This document shows positions 18,409 through 27,909 of a DNA stretch of 64,000 bases, one piece after another. The translations under genes and the position numbers were made by a program. Each line of letters starts with the position of its first letter. Positions within the stretch are counted from its first letter, which is position 1. The DNA is taken from NCBI GenBank assembly GCA_964511305.1, contig CAZEEU010000001.1, positions 53,957 to 117,956 of the forward strand. Direction: 5' to 3'. Below the pieces are notes generated by a model that worked only from the letters and a program-made list of their open reading frames with translations, ran no database searches and was not told the DNA's origin. This DNA comes from an uncultured Gammaproteobacteria bacterium (lineage in GTDB: Bacteria; Patescibacteriota; Microgenomatia; Levybacterales; GWA1-39-11).

Positions 18409-21216
18409 TTATGGAATTTTTACCTCAAATTCATCTGCAACGTAAAGTTTTGAAACAAGCGCCTTTCTTTTTATTTCATCCTCATAAGGCTTTGGCCAGG
18501 CAGGGAGTCCAACCTCAACCATTTGCGTCATTGTAGTTGCCAATTCTTTTCTTTTCTTCTGAATGTTGCGAATTATGTCTCTTGCCTGCCCTGCTTCAAT
18601 ATTTTGGTTCTTCTCAGATGGATCCCCTACTATCTCAAATGTTTCTTTTTCAGCTTCAAAAGTTAGCTCTTCAGTGTTGGTTTCTGATTTTACTACGGCT
18701 AGAACTTCTTCACTAAGCTTTACTCCGTTATAAGTGAGCTTTTTTAGGGGGATCTTTACCTTAATTGAATTTTCTTTTCTAAATGAGTTTATTGCAGTCG
18801 ATAACTCTTGAGCCATCGTCATTTCTGCTTCAAGCGTCGAGTCAATATATTCTTTTTCAACATCAGGCCACAATTCTAAGTGAACAGATTCTGCGTCTGT
18901 TAAATTTCTAAAAATTTCTTCAGAAATAAATGGCGTAACTGGCGCAATTATCTTGCAAAGAGTAATAAGTACAGTATTGCATGTGCTAAAAAAAGCATCT
19001 CTATCATTTTTGTCTGCTACGCTCGCCCCAACCCGGTCGCGTGACCTTCGTATATACCAAGTTGAAAGTTCATCAACAAACTTCTTTATCCTGACAATTG
19101 CCCCTACTGTATTGTAAGAATTGAATTCATCACTAACCTCAAGATTCAATTTGTTAACTTTTGAAAGGATCCATCTATCCAAAACATTTTGAGATACACT
19201 TACTGACTTTTCAGAAGGAGACCAGTTATCGGCAATTGCGTACGTTACAAAAAAGTTATAAACATTCCACAGTATCAGTAGCGTGCCGCGTACCTGGTCA
19301 CGATAATCAATTTCAGAAATTCTAATATCTTCTCCGTTCATCACAGGTGAACCCAAAAGGTACATTCGCAATGCATCTCCTCCATACTGCTCTATAAGCT
19401 TCTTAGGATCAGGAAAATTTCCATAGTTTTTGCTCATTTTCCTACCATCTGTACCAAGAATCACTCCTTCAACTACAACATTTTTAAAAGCAGGAGAGTC
19501 AAAAAGCGCGGTACCAATAACATGTAGCACGTAAAACCAAGCCCTAATTTGGCCCGTATATTCAGCAATAAAATCAGGAGGGAAGAAGTCCTCAATTTTT
19601 TCCTCACTGTTAAATGGATAATGTCTCTCAGCAAAAGATGCACTTCCAGCCTCAATCCAGCTATCGAGTACTTCTTGTACTCTATTTGCATTTTGATCAC
19701 ATTTTTTACACTTTATTACTACTTCGTCTATACCTGGCTTATGTAAATCATTAATTTTAACACCTGACCATTGTTCTAATTCTTTGATCGATTCTGGAAC
19801 ATATCTTTCCCCGCATTCACATTCCCAAACAGGAACAGGACTTCCCCAATATCTACTTCTTGAGATATTCCAGTCAGGTGCATTCTCAAGACTTTTTAGA
19901 AAACGTCCTTCTTTAAAGTGCTTCGGATACCAATTTACATCTTGGTTTGTAGTTTTTAGTTTTTCTTTTAAATTTTGAATATTTACATACCAAGCATTTT
20001 GAGGGTTATAAAAAAGTCTCGTATCACATCTCCAGCAATGAGGAACATTATGCGGAAGCTTTTCGTCTTTATACACAAGCCCTCTTTCCGCAAGGTCTCC
20101 ATTTACCCCTTCGTTGGCATCCAAATAGAACATGCCACCGAATTTAGGAACGTCATTTTTTATTATGCCTTCATCATCTACCAAGAAAGCTAGATGTATA
20201 TTGTCGCGCTGCATAACAACAAGGTCCTCTTCGCCATACACAGCAATTGTTACAATCCCTGTGCCTTCATCTGCTGTTACGAAATCACCAGCAATTATTT
20301 CAAATGCTTTTTTCCCCTCATCAATTTTGTAAAAATCATAATGCGCAACATATTTTTTCCCCAAAAGACTTTCTCCTTTAAAGGTTTCTACTATTTCGTA
20401 GGGAGTATCAGTAAGAATTTTTACGGTATCCTTTGCAAGGATATAAAATTCATCTCCCTGCTTTACCTTTACATATTCAAATTTTGGATTAACTGCCAAA
20501 GCTGGAGTAACTAACTTATTCCAAGGAGTTGTGGACCATGCCAAAAAATAAACATTGTCTTCTCCTTCTAATTTATATTTATACGTTGTTGCTGCGTCCT
20601 GTATTACCTTGTAATTTTCAGCATCCATTGCAACCTCAAAATTGGAAATCGGGGTTGAACAATGAGGACAATACAAAGACACCCTAAGTCCCTTATATAT
20701 GTGCCCACCTTTATACATCTGAGAAAATACCCACATAACCGACTCCATATATTCCTTGTCCCATGTTTTGTATGCATTTTTAAAATCAACCCATCTCCCG
20801 ATTTTATCTATATACCACTCCCACTCACCCGATACCTCTTCCACGTATTTTTTACACTCATCAATAAATGTTTTAATTCCTACTACATCTTCTATGTCCT
20901 TTTTTTTCTTTACGTGAAGCTTACCTTCAACCTTATTCTCGATTGGTAACCCGTGCCCATCCCAACCCCAAACACGTCTAACCTGATACCCCTTCATTGT
21001 GTAATATCTACCAAAAAGATCTTTGGGAAGAGAAGATAGAAGTGAGCCATAGTGCGGCATGCCGGTTACAAACGGAGGGCCATCAAGAAATGTCCATTTC
21101 TTATCTGCTGAACGAGAAGTTATCGATTTTTTAAATATTTCATTTTCTTTCCAATATTTTGTGACATCATCCTCCATTTGGGAAAATGATATCTGAGGAG
21201 TTACTTGCTTTAGCAT
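18409..21216 (-). CDS. ileS: Isoleucine--tRNA ligase, type 2
   Basis: DGPPF..G.PHYGS, GWDGHGLPIE, DWNISRSRYWG.P.P.W, KMSKN, LSTWYIRRSRDR. Confidence 0.95.
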   Translation of the reverse strand: MLKQVTPQISFSQMEDDVTKYWKENEIFKKSITSRSADKKWTFLDGPPFVTGMPHYGSLLSSLPKDLFGRYYTMKGYQVRRVWGWDGHGLPIENKVEGKLHVKKKKDIEDVVGIKTFIDECKKYVEEVSGEWEWYIDKIGRWVDFKNAYKTWDKEYMESVMWVFSQMYKGGHIYKGLRVSLYCPHCSTPISNFEVAMDAENYKVIQDAATTYKYKLEGEDNVYFLAWSTTPWNKLVTPALAVNPKFEYVKVKQGDEFYILAKDTVKILTDTPYEIVETFKGESLLGKKYVAHYDFYKIDEGKKAFEIIAGDFVTADEGTGIVTIAVYGEEDLVVMQRDNIHLAFLVDDEGIIKNDVPKFGGMFYLDANEGVNGDLAERGLVYKDEKLPHNVPHCWRCDTRLFYNPQNAWYVNIQNLKEKLKTTNQDVNWYPKHFKEGRFLKSLENAPDWNISRSRYWGSPVPVWECECGERYVPESIKELEQWSGVKINDLHKPGIDEVVIKCKKCDQNANRVQEVLDSWIEAGSASFAERHYPFNSEEKIEDFFPPDFIAEYTGQIRAWFYVLHVIGTALFDSPAFKNVVVEGVILGTDGRKMSKNYGNFPDPKKLIEQYGGDALRMYLLGSPVMNGEDIRISEIDYRDQVRGTLLILWNVYNFFVTYAIADNWSPSEKSVSVSQNVLDRWILSKVNKLNLEVSDEFNSYNTVGAIVRIKKFVDELSTWYIRRSRDRVGASVADKNDRDAFFSTCNTVLITLCKIIAPVTPFISEEIFRNLTDAESVHLELWPDVEKEYIDSTLEAEMTMAQELSTAINSFRKENSIKVKIPLKKLTYNGVKLSEEVLAVVKSETNTEELTFEAEKETFEIVGDPSEKNQNIEAGQARDIIRNIQKKRKELATTMTQMVEVGLPAWPKPYEDEIKRKALVSKLYVADEFEVKIP

Positions 21217-21278
21217 ATGAGTTCAATTTTAGCTCAAGTACGATTGTTTAACAAGCTATTGGAGAGACTATCTGTGAG

Positions 21279-21454
21279 TACTAATTGTAAAAAGCATGAA
21301 TTACCTATGAGTGCTTATCGAAGAAAGCTTTGCTTATCGCAGAAAGCATAAATTACCTATGAGTGCCTATCGAAGAAAGCTTTGCTTATCGAAGAAAGCT
21401 TTGCTTATCGAAGAAAGCATGAATTACCTATGAGTGCCTATCGAAGAAAGCATG
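21279..21454. repeat. Mosaic tandem array of 17-nt palindromic cores (REP/BIME-like)
   Basis: Six copies of TGCYTATCGMAGAAAGC plus one decayed copy, joined by TT or ATRAATTACCTATGAG. Confidence 0.9.
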
Positions 21455-21458
21455 CAAT

Positions 21459-21635
21459 TTACTTGTGCGTGCTTATACCTGCAACTTGAGGTTGTGCGGA
21501 GGAGATTTGATTCTTCACCATATAAAGAGCCTCAAATACAACCAATAAAAGAATGACACTTAAAAAGAGAAGTTTGGAATTAGATAACGATTGCTTCGAC
21601 TTTACAACTTTTCGTGCTTTTGACTTTTTCTTCAT
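21459..21635 (-). CDS. Small single-TM protein (58 aa), not in the ORF track
   Basis: Hand translation MKKKSKARKVVKSKQSLSNSKLLFLSVILLLVVFEALYMVKNQISSAQPQVAGISTHK*: basic N-terminus, one TM; TACAGT lies 6 nt upstream of the ATG. Confidence 0.7.
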   Translation of the reverse strand: MKKKSKARKVVKSKQSLSNSKLLFLSVILLLVVFEALYMVKNQISSAQPQVAGISTHK

Positions 21636-21660
21636 ATGTATACTGTATCGCGATTCTCAC

Positions 21661-22512
21661 TTAATTGTCAACTGAGAACAGCTCGTTAATAAGTCCCTCT
21701 CCAATTGCTATTCCTGGTCGGATTCTTCGAAGTGAATATTGCTCAGCTTTTTTAACTGTATAACCTCTATCCATAGTAACAGCAGTATCAAATCCTGCTT
21801 CACCTACAAGGCGCTCCAACGACTCGTTGTAATGACCATAGGGATATGCAAAAGTTGTAACTGAGATATCAAATTCTTTTTCTAATGCTTCTTTGCTTTG
21901 TCTTATCTGGGCTAGAGAGTCATTAAGCGATAGCTTCAAAAGATTATAGTGATCAACGGTATGTGCCCCTATCTCAACAAGACCTGTATCAATTACTTCT
22001 TTTAATTGAGCTTTGCTCATATAGTTAGGCTTTCCAATAACTCCAGAAATAACATACTGAACTGCTTTTACTTTGTATTTTTTGATTATTGGCATGGCAT
22101 CTGTATAAAAATCTTCGTATCCATCATCAAATGTAAGCATTATTGGCTTTTTAGGAGGTAAAGCAGATCCATCGAAAAAGTTTTCTAAATCTTTAAAATT
22201 CACAAATTCGTATCCATTACTTAACAGTGTTTCAAGCTGTTCGTCTAATATATGAGGCTCTGTTGCTAAAAGCTTTCTCGTTGGATCCTTCGGATCAACT
22301 ACATACTCCACATAGTGGTACACAAGAATAGGCATTTTTATAGTGTGCACCGGAAGATATGGCTTTATAAACATCTCTGACAAAGAATTTGTGTAGAAAG
22401 ACTCAGGTGATCTAATTGAAGAAGCGTTGGCTATGCCAACAGAACCTAACAGCATCTCTGCCGTAAGTACTAAAAATACAATAGTTTTTATCAAAACCAA
22501 CACCCTGCCCAT
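21661..22512 (-). CDS. Polysaccharide deacetylase (CE4, PgaB/IcaB-like) with N-terminal signal/anchor
   Basis: PILVYHYV, LTFDDGYED, EIGAHTVDH, FAYPYG. Confidence 0.9.
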   Translation of the reverse strand: MGRVLVLIKTIVFLVLTAEMLLGSVGIANASSIRSPESFYTNSLSEMFIKPYLPVHTIKMPILVYHYVEYVVDPKDPTRKLLATEPHILDEQLETLLSNGYEFVNFKDLENFFDGSALPPKKPIMLTFDDGYEDFYTDAMPIIKKYKVKAVQYVISGVIGKPNYMSKAQLKEVIDTGLVEIGAHTVDHYNLLKLSLNDSLAQIRQSKEALEKEFDISVTTFAYPYGHYNESLERLVGEAGFDTAVTMDRGYTVKKAEQYSLRRIRPGIAIGEGLINELFSVDN

Positions 22513-23375
22513 TACAGTATCACGCTTGAATCTTCCTCCTGACTAACATTTGAGAGGATATACACTTCTGTTCCATATTCGTCTTGACCTACTTTTTCAG
22601 CCTCATTTCGTAATATTGCCTCGTAAGGCTTGCACTGCCTACAGCCACCACTCGGGCATGAAAATTTCTTAAGAGTTCTTGCTAATTTTACTTTTCGTGC
22701 AGCGTCAAGCACACGCTTATATGCAACTTCACTTTCAGGTAGATCGCAAGGAGTAAGATCATTGTTACGCTCAAGGTACCAATAACTTGCCCGTTCTGCC
22801 TTTCTTTTCTGACAATTCTCAACTAGTAGTAGGTAAATTGGAAGCTGCAAGGACTCTCCATCCTCGTCACTCCTACCCGTTTTAAAATCTATGATATGTA
22901 CGCTGTCATGCTCAGGCAAGTACTCAAGCCAATCTATTTTCCCGCATAATATAATATTTTCTTCCTCAGAAAGCCAATAATTAGGGAGGTCCATTTTTAT
23001 CTTCACAGCCTGATTATTAATAGGGCCTGGATGCTCAGTTACCCTTTTAAGCATCTCCTCACCCCTAACTCTATATCGTGCTTCTGAATCAATATCGGTA
23101 AATCCTCCGCTTTTTCCGGAAACTTTTTTCCAAGAAGCCTCAAATAGCTTGATAAGGGGTGTTTGGAAGCGCTGATCAACAGGCAGTATAGATAAACTCT
23201 CAACCACCTCGTGGACAGCCTGACCTAGAGCCAAAGGCGGAGACATTAGCTTTATTTTTTTGTTAGATACAGGATCTTTGTATACATGCTTCAAAAAATA
23301 TGCTCTTGGACAGGCAAGGAAATCAGAGATTGAAGTATGTGAAACCCATGTAGCGGAGAATTTATCACCTACCAT
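22512..23375 (-). CDS. PD-(D/E)XK nuclease (RecB/AddB/Cas4-like), probable Fe-S cluster
   Basis: S.TSI..F..CPR, GKID, IIDFKTG, QL.IY and C-terminal C-x4-C-x2-C. ATG 23375 is preferred. Confidence 0.85.
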   Translation of the reverse strand: MVGDKFSATWVSHTSISDFLACPRAYFLKHVYKDPVSNKKIKLMSPPLALGQAVHEVVESLSILPVDQRFQTPLIKLFEASWKKVSGKSGGFTDIDSEARYRVRGEEMLKRVTEHPGPINNQAVKIKMDLPNYWLSEEENIILCGKIDWLEYLPEHDSVHIIDFKTGRSDEDGESLQLPIYLLLVENCQKRKAERASYWYLERNNDLTPCDLPESEVAYKRVLDAARKVKLARTLKKFSCPSGGCRQCKPYEAILRNEAEKVGQDEYGTEVYILSNVSQEEDSSVIL

Positions 23376-23384
23376 ACGAGTTAT

Positions 23385-23407
23385 ATTGTATACCAAAATG
23401 GTATAAT
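23385..23407. promoter_or_regulatory. Back-to-back divergent -10 boxes within a palindrome
   Basis: TACAAT (minus, 23385-23390) and TGgTATAAT (plus, -10 box at 23402-23407) flank TATACCA-AAA-TGGTATA. Confidence 0.6.
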
Positions 23408-23413
23408 TTATAG

Positions 23414-23788
23414 ATGAAGATAACTGATGTTGTATTTACAAATCACGCAATTGAAAGAATTAAAGAAAGAGGTATGTCTGGCGACTGGATATGGCAAGCC
23501 GTCAAGCAGCCTGACACTAAAATGGCAGGAAAAGAAAAACATACAACTGAATTTGCTAAGAGGCTCAACGGGCATATAGTAACAGCTGTTGCAAAAAAGA
23601 ATGATATAGGCGAATGGGTGGTGCTTTCAGCTTGGATAGATCCTCCCATCAAGGGAACAAAAGATTATCACAAAAAGGAAGCCTATCATAAGAAGCAAGA
23701 AAAAATACGAGAGCTGTCTAGACGAATGGAAAAGGCTTCTTTTTGGGGTAAAATGTGGCTGGCATTTAGAAAGCAAGCCGGGCTCTAG
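23414..23788 (+). CDS. DUF4258-like protein (RelE/BrnT-like fold)
   Basis: VVFTNHAIERIKERG...WVVLSAW. Confidence 0.6.
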   Translation: MKITDVVFTNHAIERIKERGMSGDWIWQAVKQPDTKMAGKEKHTTEFAKRLNGHIVTAVAKKNDIGEWVVLSAWIDPPIKGTKDYHKKEAYHKKQEKIRELSRRMEKASFWGKMWLAFRKQAGL

Positions 23789-24850
23789 ATGGATTATTCA
23801 AAAAAAAGCACATATTTATTCTCCATTGACGCGCTTAGAGTCATCTCTATTCTCGCAGTTATTTTGATCCATACGACAACAAAAACTCTTGCAAACCTTG
23901 ATCATAATATTATAGACGGCGCATTCTCGCTTTTTTTAAATCAGGCTTCTCGCTTTGCAGTACCATTATTCTTTCTGATCTCCGGATTCGTTCTTGAATT
24001 GAATAGTAAGGATTTACCTTATCTCACATACTTTAAAAAGAGAGCATCGAGAGTCATTCTGCCTTTTGTATTTTGGAGCATGTTGTACTTTATGATCGGA
24101 TGGGGTTTTAATGTATCTAAGATTTTCAGTCTACAATTTGGAAAAATTCTTTTAGCTGGTGCCGCCTCTTATCACCTATATTTCATTCCTACTCTCGTTA
24201 TCTTTTATGTTGCTTTCCCTCTCCTTCACAATACATTACATTTTTTTAGAAAACCTTTAGTTTTTATCGCTCTCTGGATAATCCAAATACTACTTTTGTC
24301 TTTTGACTATTATGTGCACTCACTTAGAATCGATCCAAATATTCGAATCGTACTTCTCGTTGGTGCCATGTTTGTAACAGGAATAATTGCGTCTCACATA
24401 AAAGATAAAATATTTGCATTTACAAAAATTCATTTTAAATGGCTTACTACTATTACCGTAGCAACTCTTTTACTAGTATTTTTCCATGTTGCTGCTCTAT
24501 CTATTATTAAAAAGACTACAAGTTTTATTTATAACCAGCATGGACCGCTTACATACGCATATACTCTACTTGGCGCTCTTATAACAGCCTCTCTTCTTGA
24601 AAGAACACAATTTGCAAGGAAATACTTTATTCAACTCTCCAAGCTTTCTTTATTTGTTTTCTTTATCCACGTTATGGTGCTTGATTTTGTTTGGAATAAC
24701 TTTGTCAGAAATACCGTCATAACCAATGGTAACTGGATCCTAAAACAATTATGGTTTGATCCGCTATTTTTTATATCTGTTGCCTCAGCGTCCTTTGGTA
24801 TTGCTTATTTCATTCACAAAATTCCATATGCATCAAAACTCACAGGCTGA
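23789..24850 (+). CDS. Acyltransferase family 3 (OafA/WecH-like)
   Basis: IDALRVISILAVILIH, RFAVPLFFLISG, KRA.R...PF..WS, YHLYF; about 10 TMs. Confidence 0.9.
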   Translation: MDYSKKSTYLFSIDALRVISILAVILIHTTTKTLANLDHNIIDGAFSLFLNQASRFAVPLFFLISGFVLELNSKDLPYLTYFKKRASRVILPFVFWSMLYFMIGWGFNVSKIFSLQFGKILLAGAASYHLYFIPTLVIFYVAFPLLHNTLHFFRKPLVFIALWIIQILLLSFDYYVHSLRIDPNIRIVLLVGAMFVTGIIASHIKDKIFAFTKIHFKWLTTITVATLLLVFFHVAALSIIKKTTSFIYNQHGPLTYAYTLLGALITASLLERTQFARKYFIQLSKLSLFVFFIHVMVLDFVWNNFVRNTVITNGNWILKQLWFDPLFFISVASASFGIAYFIHKIPYASKLTG

Positions 24851-25577
24851 GTCAGCAAAAAAAACAAAGACTATACGAGCAGATAAATTACTTTCTTCAT
24901 TGGGGGTTGCCTCTCGTCGTGGAATTGAGGCATTTCTTAAGCATTCCTCAATTACTGCAAATGGCGTAAAAATTACAGAGCATGGACAACGAATTCCTAT
25001 GAAGTCAGTAATAAAAATTAATGGCCAAGAATTATCAAAACCAAAAAGAGTGTATTTCCTTATCAACAAACCGAAAGGCATTGTCTCAACTGCATCGGAC
25101 GAATTTGGAAGAAAGAATGTAGTAAGCCTTATCAAAACCAAAGAGCGTATCTTCCCAATCGGAAGACTTGATCGAGATACACATGGGTTATTAATACTTA
25201 CAAATGATGGAGAACTGACAAATATGCTAATACATCCCAGGTATCACATACCAAAAACCTACTTACTTAAAATTAAAACGCCGATAAATCCACCACAGAT
25301 TGAAAAATTTGAAAAAGGAGTTACACTTGAGGACGGGGTGACGTCTCCCGCAAAGATTGCTGTCCTACAACGAAGAAAGGATGCAACAATTCTTGAAGTA
25401 GTTCTTTATGAAGGAAAAAAACGTCAAATTAGACGAATGTGCGAAGCGCTAAATCTTCCACTTGCAGATCTTGAAAGAATTAAATTTGGAAATATAACAC
25501 TTGATGGATTAAAGGAAGGTGAATATCGGGCAATGACTGGTATTGAAGTAGAAAAATTGAGAAAATTATGCACGTAA
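24828..25577 (+). CDS. RsuA/RluB-family pseudouridine synthase
   Basis: S4 domain GVASRR, NKPKG, GRLDRDT.GLL.LTNDG, EGKKRQIRRM. ATG 24828 is preferred. Confidence 0.9.
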   Translation: MHQNSQAESAKKTKTIRADKLLSSLGVASRRGIEAFLKHSSITANGVKITEHGQRIPMKSVIKINGQELSKPKRVYFLINKPKGIVSTASDEFGRKNVVSLIKTKERIFPIGRLDRDTHGLLILTNDGELTNMLIHPRYHIPKTYLLKIKTPINPPQIEKFEKGVTLEDGVTSPAKIAVLQRRKDATILEVVLYEGKKRQIRRMCEALNLPLADLERIKFGNITLDGLKEGEYRAMTGIEVEKLRKLCT

Positions 25578-26500
25578 TAACAGGAACTCTTGCGTACGAC
25601 TACATTATGGCTTTTCCGGGTGCCTATGAGGATCATATATTGCCTGATCAAATACATAAAATTAATCTTTCATTTCTTGTTAATACTTTTGAAAAAAGAC
25701 GCGGTGGAACTGCCGGCAATGTCTCATACTCTCTTGCACTTCTAAAAACTCCACATGTTCTTTTCTCATACGCAGGAAAAGATTTCGACGATTATAGAAA
25801 ATCTTTTGAAAAGAATGGGATCGATTTGTCTAACGTCAAAATAGATAAAAATGACTACACTTCTACCGGTTTTGCGATGACTGATAAAAGTCACAATCAA
25901 ATTTGGGGATTTTTTATCGGTGCTTCTAAAAATATTCCTTCACTCAATTTAAAAAAAGTTGCTGGTAAAGGCGACACGGTTCTTATTGGTCCATCCGGGG
26001 CTGCTGGGTCTATGTCATTTGTTGATCAATGTATCGACAATAATATTTCTTATATTTTCGATCCTGGCTTTATATTAACGGAAGTAAATAATCGCGATCT
26101 TACAAAAGGAGTAAAGCATTGTGACATCTTAATCGGCAATGACTATGAAATAGAGTTAATAAGCACCCGTGTCAAAGATTATGAAGAGATTGTAGAAAAA
26201 ATAACTGTCATAAAAACTGTTGGCAAAAATGGTGTAGAAATTTCAGAGCGTGGCATGAAATATTTAGTAAAACCTGCAACAGTTAAAAAGGCCATTGACC
26301 CAACAGGTGCCGGTGACGCATTTCGTGCGGGGCTTATAGCAGGCCGAGAAAAAGGATTATCTATAAAGGAAGCGGCTCAGATGGGATCGATCGCTGCTGC
26401 ATATGCCGTCGAAAGCTATGGCACACAGGAACACGCCTACACTATTGCGGAATTTAGAACTCGCTTTACCAGCACTTATAACAACTCCATTAAAATCTAG
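25568..26500 (+). CDS. PfkB-family kinase, probable adenosine kinase
   Basis: TG.LAYD.IM, IN.SF, GG.AGN, DPG and DPTGAGDAF resemble bacterial adenosine kinases; adjacent to ahcY. Confidence 0.8.
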   Translation: MHVITGTLAYDYIMAFPGAYEDHILPDQIHKINLSFLVNTFEKRRGGTAGNVSYSLALLKTPHVLFSYAGKDFDDYRKSFEKNGIDLSNVKIDKNDYTSTGFAMTDKSHNQIWGFFIGASKNIPSLNLKKVAGKGDTVLIGPSGAAGSMSFVDQCIDNNISYIFDPGFILTEVNNRDLTKGVKHCDILIGNDYEIELISTRVKDYEEIVEKITVIKTVGKNGVEISERGMKYLVKPATVKKAIDPTGAGDAFRAGLIAGREKGLSIKEAAQMGSIAAAYAVESYGTQEHAYTIAEFRTRFTSTYNNSIKI

Positions 26501-26529
26501 CTCTGGACATTCGTCCATTAATTTGTTAG

Positions 26530-27810
<1,281 letters not shown>

Positions 27811-27824
27811 AAAATAGTGCATGC

Positions 27825-27849
27825 GCAGACTCACGTCTGCTGATTTTTT
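27825..27849 (+). terminator. Probable intrinsic terminator after ahcY
   Basis: GCAGAC-TCAC-GTCTGC followed by TGATTTTTT. Confidence 0.5.
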
Positions 27850-27871
27850 GAAAGTTATACTTTCAAAAAAT
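27843..27871. promoter_or_regulatory. Perfect 13-3-13 inverted repeat (operator or terminator)
   Basis: ATTTTTTGAAAGT-TAT-ACTTTCAAAAAAT. Confidence 0.55.
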
Positions 27872-27902
27872 TAAGCAATTGTTAAGACTTGCCCGATATA
27901 CT
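27871..27902 (+). promoter_or_regulatory. OmpR-type direct-repeat box plus -10 element of the ABC operon
   Basis: TTAAG-caattg-TTAAG-10 nt-TATACT-7 nt-ATG. Confidence 0.7.
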
Positions 27903-27909
27903 GTGCGCA

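Noticed and set aside
21279-21454. CRISPR array
   Set aside because: The repeat is only 17 nt and the intervening sequences are 2 or 16 nt and recurrent rather than unique. There is no cas1/cas2, and the nearby Cas4-like nuclease is a generic PD-(D/E)XK protein.
21217-21458. T-box riboswitch upstream of ileS
   Set aside because: No GGTGGNACCGCG T-box motif, and the ileS -10 box is only 9 nt from the ATG.
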